The notes beneath the pieces are model-generated. The model was not told the origin of the DNA. It saw only the letters and a list, made by a program, of their open reading frames with translations, and searched no databases. The translations under genes and the position numbers were made by a program. A DNA stretch of 64,000 nucleotides, taken from the NCBI GenBank assembly GCA_963807605.1, contig CAWECG010000001.1, positions 73,152 to 137,151 on the forward strand. Reading direction: 5' to 3'. The number at the start of each line of letters is the position of its first letter. The stretch's first letter is position 1. This document shows, piece by piece, positions 30,493 through 40,852 of the stretch. The DNA comes from Candidatus Bathyarchaeota archaeon (GTDB lineage: Archaea; Thermoproteota; Bathyarchaeia; 40CM-2-53-6; RBG-13-38-9).

Positions 30493-31587
30493 TTGGTGGC
30501 CTTGGTGAACCAAAAGGATTACTATGGGATACTTGGAGTCCAGAGAAATGCCACCAAAGACGAGCTAAAGAGCGTCTATCGAAAGCTGGCCCTTCAATAC
30601 CATCCTGACCGCAACAAGTCCCCTGACGCCGAGGAGAAATTCAAAGAGATCTCCGAAGCCTACGCAGTCCTCTCTGACGAGGAGAAACGCAAGACCTTTG
30701 ATCATTATGGTAGCGCAGGTATAGGTGACCGCTACACCCCTGAAGACATATTCAGAGGAGTTGATTTCGAAGACATCTTTAGAGACCTCGGCTTTGGTAT
30801 TTTCGATCAATTCTTCGGCAGAAGGGGCGGGGGTTGGGCCGCTCCTCAAAGAGGTTACGACCTGCAATACGATTTAGAGATAGATCTCGAAGAAGCCGCT
30901 ACAGGTCTAGAAACAGAGATACCTGTAACCCGAGTTGAGAGCTGTCAGGTGTGTGGAGGAAGTGGAGCCAAGCCGGGGACAGGCCTTAAGACCTGTCCGG
31001 CCTGCGAGGGAACAGGGCAGGTTAGGCGACAGTCAGCCCTCTCAGGTTTCTTTACAGTCACCCAGATAACCACATGCAGTAGATGTGGGGGAAAAGGTCG
31101 CATTACCGAAGTTCCGTGCACAGAGTGTAAAGGCGAAGGAAATGTTCGACGCAACCGCAGGCTAAGCGTGAAGATCCCATCTGGCGTAGATGAGAATTCA
31201 ACCCTGAGATTGAGAGGTGAAGGAGATACAGGGCCAGGAGAAGTTCCGCCTGGAGACCTTTACGTAACCGTTCACATCAGGCCTCACTCTGTTTTTGAGA
31301 GAAAGGGCCAGGATCTGCTTTGTGAGATTCCAATATCCTTCACGCAAGCGACACTAGGCGCGAGGATCCTTGCACCATCACTTGGAGGCCAGATTGAGAT
31401 GAAAATTCCGCCGGGGACTCAACCTGGAACACTATTCAAGATGAGAGGGAAAGGGATGCCGAGAATGGATGGTCATGGTAAGGGGGACGAATACATCAAG
31501 GTAAGTGTCAAGGTACCAACACATCTGACTAAGAGGCACAAGGAATTGCTCCTTGAGTTAGAGAAGGAGGACCAGGATGCAGATTAA
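30493..31587 (+). CDS. dnaJ: Chaperone DnaJ
   Basis: J-domain HPD, four CxxCxGxG repeats, C-terminal substrate-binding domain. Confidence 0.97.
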   Translation: MVALVNQKDYYGILGVQRNATKDELKSVYRKLALQYHPDRNKSPDAEEKFKEISEAYAVLSDEEKRKTFDHYGSAGIGDRYTPEDIFRGVDFEDIFRDLGFGIFDQFFGRRGGGWAAPQRGYDLQYDLEIDLEEAATGLETEIPVTRVESCQVCGGSGAKPGTGLKTCPACEGTGQVRRQSALSGFFTVTQITTCSRCGGKGRITEVPCTECKGEGNVRRNRRLSVKIPSGVDENSTLRLRGEGDTGPGEVPPGDLYVTVHIRPHSVFERKGQDLLCEIPISFTQATLGARILAPSLGGQIEMKIPPGTQPGTLFKMRGKGMPRMDGHGKGDEYIKVSVKVPTHLTKRHKELLLELEKEDQDAD

Positions 31588-32129
31588 CCGCACTTGTTCC
31601 GGTGGCTATTGATCGGATCCCTTTACTTGGCTTAGTGTAGGTTTCTGGGGATGCTCTGCCTGTGGGGAATGTTGCAGGTGGTAGGATCCCACTAATACTG
31701 GACGAGCGCAACTCAATACTTGATGATTACGTGCAGTCATCTATCAATACTGAAGAAGGCCAAGCTTATTTGACAAAAAGCCCGGAAGGACAATGTCCTT
31801 TCTAATTTCTCTGTTTGACCGATGGATCTGTGGGCTGCAGAGAAGTAAGCCGATGGCGTGTTATGGCTATTTCTCGTTATGGAACAACCCAAGTAACGGC
31901 ATTATGTCTACGCTGACCTCAAGTGCAAAGGCGTAAGGGTATGCAAGGCCGCAAGAATAACTGCTGAAAAAGTCCTCCCAGAGCTGATTAGGCTAATTTT
32001 TGTAACGAGGAGAGCCCAGAGATTGTCTACCTCAATGCTTGGCCATTATCCCATAGAAATTTAAAGAATCGGTGTGAGAAAGCCGTCCCGCAAAGTTAGA
32101 TTAGAATACGCTCCGTCGGTAAGAAGCTT

Positions 32130-33299
32130 TCAGGGTGAGGATGGAGCGGGCCTTGCTCCCAGCGCAACCTCAACTGTCAGCGCCTCGTTGTTCCTGATTA
32201 TGTTTAGAACAACCTTATCCCCAGGATTCTTGAAATACTCAATATAGTAAAGTATATCCTCAAGTTTGTTCACGTTTCTGCCGTCAATGCCCGTTATCAC
32301 GTCTCCGCCTATGGTTACATTATTTCCCTCAATGATTGTCATCGTATTTCCACCGCGTACTCCCGCCTTCTCCGCTGGACTACTGTTCATCACAGATGTG
32401 ACTAGGAAGCCTCGTGTCTCTGGGAGGTTCAGCTTTTCGGCTATTGAGGAGGTTACGTCTGTGCCGGCAACTCCCAGCCAAGGATGATCATAATGCCCTG
32501 TTCGTATAAGTGATGGTGCGACTCTCTTAACCAAATTCGATGGGATTGCAAAGCCGACGCCTGAGAACTGCCCTGTCTGAGATTCGATGGCCTCGTTAAC
32601 CCCAACGACCTCTCCGAGACTATTAAGTAGTGGGCCACCGCTGTTGCCCGGATTTATGGCAGCATCTACCTGAATTTCGCCAGGTATCACATACCCACCG
32701 GTAGTCGGGAGTGACCTCCCAATCTGACTTACAATCCCTTGTGTCAGCGACCAACCAAGTCCAAAAGGAGCTCCGACCGCATATATCGCCTCCCCCACGA
32801 GCAGCTGCGATGAGTTGCCTAAGGTGACAGGTTTAAGCTCCCCCGGCGATGTCTGTACCTTCAAGACTGCTAAATCGGAGTATACATCAGTGCCAACGAC
32901 TACTGTTGTGATAGTGGTGCCGTCCAGAAAGCCTACCTCCACCGCGTCCGCTCCCGCTACTACATGGTTATTTGTTATGATGTGACCGTCTCCGTCATAG
33001 GTGAAGCCTGTGCCCCGTGCCGAGAGTGTAAGTCCATTAGTTCCCCTCTGCATATTCAATACTTGCACGACGGACTGTTCTACGCCAACGTAGACCCCAT
33101 GGGCTCCAGCCCCTTCGCTTTGTGTCTGATTAAGCTTTTCCACAAGTGACTGAAGATTATCAAACCTGCCTTGAAGGGTGCTTAGTTGAGATCGAGTCTG
33201 AACATAAAAGTATCCTACCATGCCTGCAATCACAAGCATAACTACCAGTGATATTGATGCAAGGTGAATACGCAATTTGCTAGGCTGAACTTCACTCAT
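32130..33299 (-). CDS. HtrA/DegP-like serine protease with PDZ domain, membrane anchored
   Basis: GTGF, ITNNHVV, SDLAVL, DAAINPGNSGGPL, C-terminal PDZ, N-terminal TM. Confidence 0.95.
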   Translation of the reverse strand: MSEVQPSKLRIHLASISLVVMLVIAGMVGYFYVQTRSQLSTLQGRFDNLQSLVEKLNQTQSEGAGAHGVYVGVEQSVVQVLNMQRGTNGLTLSARGTGFTYDGDGHIITNNHVVAGADAVEVGFLDGTTITTVVVGTDVYSDLAVLKVQTSPGELKPVTLGNSSQLLVGEAIYAVGAPFGLGWSLTQGIVSQIGRSLPTTGGYVIPGEIQVDAAINPGNSGGPLLNSLGEVVGVNEAIESQTGQFSGVGFAIPSNLVKRVAPSLIRTGHYDHPWLGVAGTDVTSSIAEKLNLPETRGFLVTSVMNSSPAEKAGVRGGNTMTIIEGNNVTIGGDVITGIDGRNVNKLEDILYYIEYFKNPGDKVVLNIIRNNEALTVEVALGARPAPSSP

Positions 33300-33619
33300 A
33301 AAAAACCACTCAAAAAATATTATTTGGTGCGTTCCTTAAAGGCTTTGCCAGAATGAAGCGACAAAAGTAGTAGTGAAATACAATAAGAATGGACACAAGA
33401 TAATGTGCTGATTGGTGCAACAAAAACATAGGCAATCTTATTAAAGGGTCAAATGTGGGGTCAGAGATCCAATAATGTTCACTGAACTTTTTCTGCATCA
33501 ACCCGAGACAATGTATATCTCCAAGGACTGGATCCGATTATTCAAAAAGTTGAATTTTCCATCAATGAGTATGATGTGAGTCGAATCAGCGACCTGCAAG
33601 ACGGGATGAGATCTCTCTA

Positions 33620-34708
33620 TTGAGGACAGTAATTGTTGAATGCAAGCTGCCACAGAATGTTTCACGTGTGGACGAAGTCTCAACAATGGCCGAGAATATC
33701 GGTTACAATGTGATCAAGACCATGGTTCAAAATAGGAACAGTGTACACCATGGCCACTGCATAGGCGTTGGCAAACTCGAGGAGCTAAAGAGGCTTGTTG
33801 AACAAGAACATATCAGCATTGTAATATTCACAAACACTCTCCCCAGCAGTCAAGTATTCAAGATACAAAGAAAGATAGGCGATGTAAAGGTCATAGACCG
33901 GAACCTGTTGATCTTGGAAGTATTTGACAAGAGAGCCATGACCAATGAAGCCAAACTCCAGATAGAATTGGCTAGACTCAGATACACGTTTTCATGGGGA
34001 CGTGAATTCATAAAGCTGAAAGGCATACTGGGCGAACAGGTAGGATGGAGTGGGCCTGGAGACTATCCTTTCAATGAATACGAGAAGGCTGCAAGGAGAA
34101 GAATCAGCAGAGTGAAGATGAGTCTTCGTGATGTTCAAGCTAAGAAGACCTTACTACGTGAGAGAAGACGACAACTTGGATTCACAACGGTCGCCTTGGC
34201 AGGTTACACACAAAGCGGGAAGACAACTTTTTTCAACAGGGTAGCGTCCGAGTCCAAGGGAACAGGCGAAGGACCATTTACAACGCTCTCCTCCTACTCA
34301 AGGCTAGTGAAATGGAAAGGTTCACAGTTCATGCTGGTCGACTCCATAGGGGTCATAGAGGATATGCATCCAATGATTGTAGATGCATTCTTTGTGACTC
34401 TTGATGAGATAACAAACGCTGACAGCGTTCTTCTTTTCGTCGACGTGACCGAGCCAATAGCGACTTTGCGGAGGAAGGTTCAGTCAGTTGACAGTATTAC
34501 TAGGAAGATTGCGATGCCCTCAAAGGCGTTAATCTGCACAAATAAGACCGATCTAGTGGACGATGAGACTGCGAGAAACGCTATCGAAGTTATTAGCCAA
34601 TTGCTGCCTGGCCGAAAGATTTGTCCACTGAGTGCAAAAACCGGTACGGGTGTGGATTCGACCATCGATAGCGCTCTGGCTGAATTAGAGCTTTCTTGCG
34701 TTCAGTGA
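33620..34708 (+). CDS. hflX: GTPase HflX
   Basis: VIDR..LILE.F..RA...EAKLQIELARLRY, GPG, G1 GYTQSGKT, G4 NKTD, SAKTG. Confidence 0.9.
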   Translation: MRTVIVECKLPQNVSRVDEVSTMAENIGYNVIKTMVQNRNSVHHGHCIGVGKLEELKRLVEQEHISIVIFTNTLPSSQVFKIQRKIGDVKVIDRNLLILEVFDKRAMTNEAKLQIELARLRYTFSWGREFIKLKGILGEQVGWSGPGDYPFNEYEKAARRRISRVKMSLRDVQAKKTLLRERRRQLGFTTVALAGYTQSGKTTFFNRVASESKGTGEGPFTTLSSYSRLVKWKGSQFMLVDSIGVIEDMHPMIVDAFFVTLDEITNADSVLLFVDVTEPIATLRRKVQSVDSITRKIAMPSKALICTNKTDLVDDETARNAIEVISQLLPGRKICPLSAKTGTGVDSTIDSALAELELSCVQ

Positions 34709-34866
34709 CCCTACAGAATTGGTAAGAGACAGTAATCAAGCGTTTTTACTTGTCTCGTGATGACATTGGAACTTATCGTATCATTCTTGGTTCTGTTTCA
34801 GAGGATAATCGTCGGGTTAAGGCTTGGCAGATGTCGCGCGCGTCTGCCCGGACTGCAGTCACTCTG

Positions 34867-34895
34867 GCAAAAAAAGAGCAAAGAAAAAGGAAAGT
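34867..34895 (-). terminator. Oligo-U tract downstream of the ulaG-like gene (archaeal intrinsic terminator)
   Basis: A-rich run on the plus strand (gcaaaaaaagagcaaagaaaaaggaaag) gives a U-rich tract just after the minus-strand stop. Confidence 0.45.
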
Positions 34896-34907
34896 AGAGC
34901 ACAGGCT

Positions 34908-36002
34908 CTACAGATAGGCTGGAAACGGCAGGTCTACCAATTCAGGTCTGAAGTATTGGGGCGCTTCTACCTGGTGTGGGTAGTAGATACGTTTCTTGTC
35001 CTTGTCTTTTGGCCACACGTACCTTGTTCCAGGTCGCATTATGCATACATTGAAAGGAGCAAATTTCTTGTTTGCTATCATCTCGACATCTGTAGGATCG
35101 CCTTCTACGATTCCCCAGTTTTCGTAATGCATCGGAATCATAACTTTCGCCTTCAGACATTTTGCTGCTCGGTAGGCGTCGTATGCATTCATCTTGTCGG
35201 TCATACCATCGGGATTGTCTCCAAAGGTTATCAATGCTACGTCTATGTCGTATTGTCTTCCGTGTTTGAAGAACATGTTTGAGTAGTGGGAATCTCCGGC
35301 GTCATACACGGTACCGTAAGGTGTCTTCAATACGAAGTTGCAGGCTTTTTCATCCATAAGTCTAGCAAATTCTTCCATTGACATCTTGTGAATGTCCCTC
35401 TGCTCTGTTATCAGAACTGTCCTGTCAAATGACTCCACGGCGCGCACCTCAACATCCTTTATCTTGACTACGTCACCAGGCTTCACTACGACAATCCTGT
35501 CCTTTGGGGTCTTCCATCTTTCGAATATTTCTTTCCCCCGCGGAGGTGTGACAAATTTGCAGTTTGTGTTTTCTATCAGAGGTTTGACTGTATAGAAATC
35601 CATGTGGTCGTTATGTATGTGGGTGGAGAGATATGCGTCGCACTCTTTGATTGCCCATGGATCCAAGACATGGGGAACACATCTGACCCAGTACATCTTG
35701 TCTGCTCCTGTCATTCTCATCACGCCAGAGTACTTCGCGAAGTCGTTGCGTTCCGTAAGACCTCCAGAGGCACTGTACTGGTCTATGCAGATGCTTGCAC
35801 CACCGGCGCTCTTCATCCACCATGACGCGCCACCGAGCCACCATAGCACGAACGTATTCTTCTCAGGTTTGGTTTCCTGTATTTCCTTATTTAGTATCGT
35901 TCCCCATTCTGGGAACGCGTCTCTTAGCCATTGATCCCTTGTTAGCGGTTTATCGGGGAGAAGGTTGAGACCTCCGTCCGCCACCCCTTTGATTGCTGAC
36001 AT
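34908..36002 (-). CDS. UlaG-like metallo-beta-lactamase-fold sugar-phosphate lactonase
   Basis: LTRDQW....FPEWGT.LN.EI, WWLG, THIHNDHMD, ESFDRT, GDSHYSN, GDNPDG.TDK, IPMHY - all recalled as UlaG signatures. Confidence 0.85.
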   Translation of the reverse strand: MSAIKGVADGGLNLLPDKPLTRDQWLRDAFPEWGTILNKEIQETKPEKNTFVLWWLGGASWWMKSAGGASICIDQYSASGGLTERNDFAKYSGVMRMTGADKMYWVRCVPHVLDPWAIKECDAYLSTHIHNDHMDFYTVKPLIENTNCKFVTPPRGKEIFERWKTPKDRIVVVKPGDVVKIKDVEVRAVESFDRTVLITEQRDIHKMSMEEFARLMDEKACNFVLKTPYGTVYDAGDSHYSNMFFKHGRQYDIDVALITFGDNPDGMTDKMNAYDAYRAAKCLKAKVMIPMHYENWGIVEGDPTDVEMIANKKFAPFNVCIMRPGTRYVWPKDKDKKRIYYPHQVEAPQYFRPELVDLPFPAYL

Positions 36003-36291
36003 TTAACTTTCCCTCTTGCTAGGAGATAGCAAGACAGAGAATTTATATTGTTTTTGTCGAGCAGTTCAGAGAAGTAAAACCCCGCTCGTTTCGCTGGTAG
36101 TTACCTCGCCAACTTCTGTGATCGTTCTGAACTCAGGATACTTACGGATTCTGAACGTTTTAAATGAAGTTGAAGTTCGCCTAGCTTAAGATCAAATCAA
36201 GACACGACTATCGACAAACTAGATAATTCTGGCAGGGGTAATATACTTATATTTTCTTGATTTCCAGATTTACAACGGTGTCATTTTTTTC

Positions 36292-36588
36292 ATGTCGACA
36301 AAGGAAAAGACCGAGATTCTTCCTTCTGTCAGCGTAGATCATGATGGAGAAAAGTACCACATCGAGATAGAGTTGCCTGGAGTTGAGAAAGAAAGGATAG
36401 AGCTAGAGGTAGGTGAGCAATCCTTCTGCGTACGGGCACCAAGAGAAGATGTTGTCTACAATGCCTGTTACACAATAGCACACCCCATAGATCCCGATAA
36501 GACGGAAGCCATCTTTGAAGAAGGCCTGCTGAAAGTCACCGCACCACTTAAGAGTCCTATCAGAGGCCGTCTTGTGATTATAGAATAA
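36292..36588 (+). CDS. Small heat shock protein (Hsp20)
   Basis: IELPGVEKE.I.L, A.FEEGLLKV..P alpha-crystallin motifs. Confidence 0.88.
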   Translation: MSTKEKTEILPSVSVDHDGEKYHIEIELPGVEKERIELEVGEQSFCVRAPREDVVYNACYTIAHPIDPDKTEAIFEEGLLKVTAPLKSPIRGRLVIIE

Positions 36589-36691
36589 TCGGGCGTTCAA
36601 CATATCTTGAGTTGCATTTCCTAAATGAGTTAGGTCTCCTCTACACGGGAATCGATACTCATGCCTCTCAACATAGTCTTGTTTCGTGAAT

Positions 36692-37468
36692 TCACGGTTT
36701 TGAGATCGATTCATAAGTGCTCGGTTTTCTTTCCTTGAGCCTTGCATCTCGAAGCCTTCGGGCAGTCTGAATGTTCACCTCACCCATTATCGCCCCGGAG
36801 GATTCTCCTCCTATCGAGAGAACATTAGGGTAGACTACACCAGTCTTGGCATCCTCGCTTAGATCCAAGATGATGCTATGACCCAGGAATCGAGGTGGGT
36901 ACGAGACATTTGCCGCAACAATTGGCAAGCGATTCTCGAGGCAACGTGTTGTGAGATACAGATGCCAGGGTTGGATTCCGGCCTTCATGATTCGTGATGG
37001 AGCGAACAGCATCTCAGCGCCTTCTAGAGCAAAAATCCGGGCAACCTCAGGGAAAACCGCATCGTAACACACGATAACACCGAATTTCACGTTTCCCGAT
37101 TCGAATATTGGATACTCGGATCCGGGTTTTGCTATAGACTTCTCATGGCCAAAGAGATGCACCTTCCTTTGTCGGCCCATAAGTCTACCGTGGTGATCAA
37201 CTATGGGCGCAGTCACGAAGATACCGTCTGTCAGCCGTTCGAAGAATCCTCCTGCAATTATAGTGGTGCTGAATTTACGGGCTACGTCTCTCATTAATTC
37301 TATCAAGTTGGAGACGCGATCTGGTGTTTCCTCCCCCAACCAATGCTCCGGAAAGCAGATTATCTCGGATCCTTCATCGGTTGCTTTCCTAACCAGCCTC
37401 TCAATATTGTCTTCTAAACTGTCATTAGTGGCCTTGTCTGGGCCGATCTGGATTGCCGCTACTTTCAG
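36692..37468 (-). CDS. Carbon-nitrogen hydrolase (nitrilase superfamily)
   Basis: Extended to CTG 37468: (M)KVAAIQ...IICFPEH (catalytic E), RKVHLF (K), VCYDAVFPE (C). Confidence 0.9.
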   Translation of the reverse strand: MKVAAIQIGPDKATNDSLEDNIERLVRKATDEGSEIICFPEHWLGEETPDRVSNLIELMRDVARKFSTTIIAGGFFERLTDGIFVTAPIVDHHGRLMGRQRKVHLFGHEKSIAKPGSEYPIFESGNVKFGVIVCYDAVFPEVARIFALEGAEMLFAPSRIMKAGIQPWHLYLTTRCLENRLPIVAANVSYPPRFLGHSIILDLSEDAKTGVVYPNVLSIGGESSGAIMGEVNIQTARRLRDARLKERKPSTYESISKP

Positions 37469-38754
37469 TGAATTCGCAGCCCCTTAATTCCCAGTTTATC
37501 GACTAGATAGTCAAGGAGTCGTCTCGCGATTTCTTCCTTACTAGTTCGAGCTATGTGAGTGGCATTTCCAGAACGATCGACTAGGAATACTTCGTTCTCT
37601 TCTGAGCCAAACCCAACGCCTTCAATACCTACGTGATTAGCAACTGCAAGGTCAGCTCCCGACGAGCTAAGAACCTCCCGTGCTTTTTCAATAAGTTCTG
37701 AATCCGATAGGCCATACTCAGCTTTGAAGGCGACTAAACAAGTCTTCGGGCTGGTCTTCTTCACTTGGTCTATTATCTTAGGTGTAGCTTGGAGTTCGAC
37801 CGTAAAGCTTTGACTTTCTCTTGTACGAATCTTGGTCTTGTGGGAAATTGTAGGTTTGTAGTCGACTACGGCAGCACTTCCGATGAATACTTGATATTGT
37901 TTGCTTTCAAGCTCTTCTCTAACCGCCTGAAGCATCTCCTCTGTAGTCTCAACTTTTACTGCTCTCACATTCAGCGGCATCACTGTTTCAACTGGCCCTA
38001 TTATCAGAGTCGCGGATGCTCCACGCCTTGCGGCTTCGTTAGCGATTGCGACCCCTGTCTTGCCGGAGCCTTTGTTTGTGATTATCCGAACTGGGTCTAT
38101 GTATTCTAAAGTAGGCCCTGCAGAAATGAGAAAGTTAAGTCCCTTCAGGTCGTCATGGGATAGCCTTCTGATTACTGCCTCGACTATGGTTGAAGTCTTT
38201 GGAATCTTAGCTTTACTCTCTACGATATACGGATCAAGTACGTTAATGTCAAAGGTCTTTAGCTTCCCAATATTCTCAAGAACTATTGGATGCTTGTACA
38301 TGGATTGGTGCATGGCTGGGGCTATGATGATCGGTACGCCAGATCCCAATGCGGTAGTGGCTACCGTCGTCACGGTCGTGTCGTCGATTCCGCATGCTAT
38401 CTTTCCAATCGTGTTGGCTGTCGCTGGAGCTATCAGCAATAGATCCGCCCTCCCGGCCCACTCGCCCGCCAGCTGAATATGCTCAGTGCTCCCGGTGAGC
38501 TCGGTCACAACAGGATTGCCCGTAGCCCATCCCATAAGTTTGGGATTTATTAGCTCGCAGGCCGATCGAGAGAGCACCGGGTAGACTTCTGCGCCTCTCC
38601 GCATCAGCTCCCTACCAATTTCTGGTGCTTGTGCTGCAGCGACACTTCCGGTGATACAGAGGATTATCTTCTTGTTAAGAAGCTCTCTTCCTGAAGTGCC
38701 CGTTATATCCTTAAGCGGGTTCTGTGACAGATCCTGAATCCCCTTCATTATCAA
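37465..38754 (-). CDS. coaBC: Bifunctional phosphopantothenoylcysteine decarboxylase/synthase
   Basis: ITGSVAA, APATANT..K.A.G..D, APAM, SAGPT.EYIDPVR.ITN..SG..G, AAV.DY, FKAE. Confidence 0.96.
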   Translation of the reverse strand: MIMKGIQDLSQNPLKDITGTSGRELLNKKIILCITGSVAAAQAPEIGRELMRRGAEVYPVLSRSACELINPKLMGWATGNPVVTELTGSTEHIQLAGEWAGRADLLLIAPATANTIGKIACGIDDTTVTTVATTALGSGVPIIIAPAMHQSMYKHPIVLENIGKLKTFDINVLDPYIVESKAKIPKTSTIVEAVIRRLSHDDLKGLNFLISAGPTLEYIDPVRIITNKGSGKTGVAIANEAARRGASATLIIGPVETVMPLNVRAVKVETTEEMLQAVREELESKQYQVFIGSAAVVDYKPTISHKTKIRTRESQSFTVELQATPKIIDQVKKTSPKTCLVAFKAEYGLSDSELIEKAREVLSSSGADLAVANHVGIEGVGFGSEENEVFLVDRSGNATHIARTSKEEIARRLLDYLVDKLGIKGLRIH

Positions 38755-38933
38755 ATGGTGCTAGATCTTGATAACCGTGCTCCCGCCTCAACTATGGGCA
38801 TATGAAGTTAAATATCGGGCATCGAGGGCCTCATGTTGTCATGACAGTCAGCTCTGACCAAATTATCGCAGGTAGAGCTAAGAACCACAAATGTAAGCAT
38901 ACTAGCAGCACATGATAAGTACGGGTTCTTGAT

Positions 38934-39917
38934 ATGCGTCTGCGGGCTTTTTTGGGAAAGTGGTCACAGTCTGCAGATGTATTTTTGGTTCCTTTTACCA
39001 TCCCTATAGTCGCACTTTTTCTCATCGACTCAAATCAGTTCATACTCGGCTGGAATGAGGGAGCGGGCGGTGGCTTAGTTTTTGCCTTTGTCTTTTTGAC
39101 AATGGAGTGGTACGACGCGAGGAGATTGCTTGATTTTAGATTGGATGCTAGGAGATTACTCGGCATAGCTGCTTCTGTATCCATACTCGTGGCATACTTC
39201 GTGGTAGTCTACGCCCTTGGCCAGACCAGCCTTGTCGCCAAATTCGGTGCCAAATTTGGTTATATCAGCACTCCCCAAATCCTGAGTTGGACTAGAATGT
39301 GGGATTACATTCTTTATGCTCTCTTTATTCTATCAATTGTCGCATTCTCCTTTGGTGTTTTCAAAATCAAGTATTTCCCCACTCCGTTAGTCTTCCTCTC
39401 AGGCATGGCTTTCATCCTCCTTTTAGATGCCACATTCCCCTATGGTTCTATAGAATCGTTACAGGTCCTGATTCAACCTATTCTTGTCGCTACCGTATTT
39501 CTACTGAGGGCTGTTGGAGTCAGAGTAGAGCTGGTGGGTTTTGACAGCCTTGCTGTCTGGGGTCATAAAGGGTTCTTGATCATAGACATGTACTGGCAAT
39601 GCGCTGGAATACTAAGCATGACCATTTACCTGTTGGTGATCATAATACTGATGGTCAAGCTGGATACCACCGTTACTAGAAAGTTAGTGTTCGCTACATT
39701 AGGAGCGATAGGGACTTTTCTCGTGAACATAATCAGAATATTTCTCATAATCTATTATGGCGCATTCATAGACGTGAATCTGAGGATGTTCCACGAATCG
39801 ATAGGTGAGGTTCTTTTTACCGTCTGGATCGTAATTTATCTGTTGACAATAACTGCAATAGAGATTCGTTCAACAAGGAATGCACGACACTTGGATAATA
39901 TTCCACCGTCTGCCTAA
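38934..39917 (+). CDS. Archaeosortase/exosortase family transpeptidase (thaumarchaeosortase-like)
   Basis: Multi-TM; catalytic-triad-like QCAG, NIIRI and FHE.IGE. Confidence 0.8.
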   Translation: MRLRAFLGKWSQSADVFLVPFTIPIVALFLIDSNQFILGWNEGAGGGLVFAFVFLTMEWYDARRLLDFRLDARRLLGIAASVSILVAYFVVVYALGQTSLVAKFGAKFGYISTPQILSWTRMWDYILYALFILSIVAFSFGVFKIKYFPTPLVFLSGMAFILLLDATFPYGSIESLQVLIQPILVATVFLLRAVGVRVELVGFDSLAVWGHKGFLIIDMYWQCAGILSMTIYLLVIIILMVKLDTTVTRKLVFATLGAIGTFLVNIIRIFLIIYYGAFIDVNLRMFHESIGEVLFTVWIVIYLLTITAIEIRSTRNARHLDNIPPSA

Positions 39918-40024
39918 ACGACGAATCATCATTTTGGGGGCTTCCTATTCGCCTTGAAGATGACCATTTTCGCGACTTTTGCGGCAGCAGACCACGAGCG
40001 CGTGTCTTGCTCTCTCGTGGCAAG

Positions 40025-40465
40025 TCATTCTGTGGCGATTGCATCTAGGCCTGCCTGAGAAACCGCTCTGTCTTGTTCAGCGGTGCCTGAGCTGCAACCT
40101 ATCCCGCCAACGACTTGCCCGCTTATGACTATCGGCAGACCTCCTCCGAAGATCACGAACCTTCCCTGATTACTTACGTGAATACCGAATGCGGATTTGC
40201 CTGGTGACGCAACCTCAGCATACTCATGTGTTCCCCGCCTACTACAGGCGGATGTAAAGGCCTTGTTTATCGCAATATCGATACCGGTGATCTTCGCACC
40301 ATCCATTCTCTCGAATGCTAGGAGGTTTCCACCTTCGTCTACTACTGCTATATCCATCGGAACACCTATCTCCCTAGCCTTGCGCTCCGAAGCAGCCAAG
40401 ATAAGTCTAGAGCCCTCTAGCGTCAACTTTATGGAGTTGCTATAGATCGGAGTCTTATTTGTCAA
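40025..40465 (-). CDS. GlcG/HbpS heme-binding family protein
   Basis: IAVVD.GG.L.AF.RMDGA, A.NKAFT, FGGG.PI...G.VVGGIG.S.G..EQD. Confidence 0.9.
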   Translation of the reverse strand: MTNKTPIYSNSIKLTLEGSRLILAASERKAREIGVPMDIAVVDEGGNLLAFERMDGAKITGIDIAINKAFTSACSRRGTHEYAEVASPGKSAFGIHVSNQGRFVIFGGGLPIVISGQVVGGIGCSSGTAEQDRAVSQAGLDAIATE

Positions 40466-40852
40466 CTTGCATCACTAAATGTTAGTCACTAAGAGGATAA
40501 ATGGATATCGAAGGTTTTGAAGAGTAGTGATTCTAAGTCGTACATTCTCGTCACACCCGCTACTCCCAAGATGGCATAGTCAAGTCAGCCGTGATGAGAC
40601 AAGCGTGTGTCGCGTGGACATAATTTGGTAGGGTACGGGAAGATTCCGAGCTTCCTTCGTCTGCGATTCTCTCGTTTCAGTTTAAGTGCAACCGAAATAA
40701 ACATATAAAGAAGGCTTACGTCTATACGCTACTCCGAACCGACTGGTATCTCAGTCTGACACGGATCGTCATGACTATCTAGGATCACAGGAGTCAATCA
40801 AAGAATGAATTCGCGCCAGACCTATTATGTAGCCAACTGAGGTAGGCATGAT

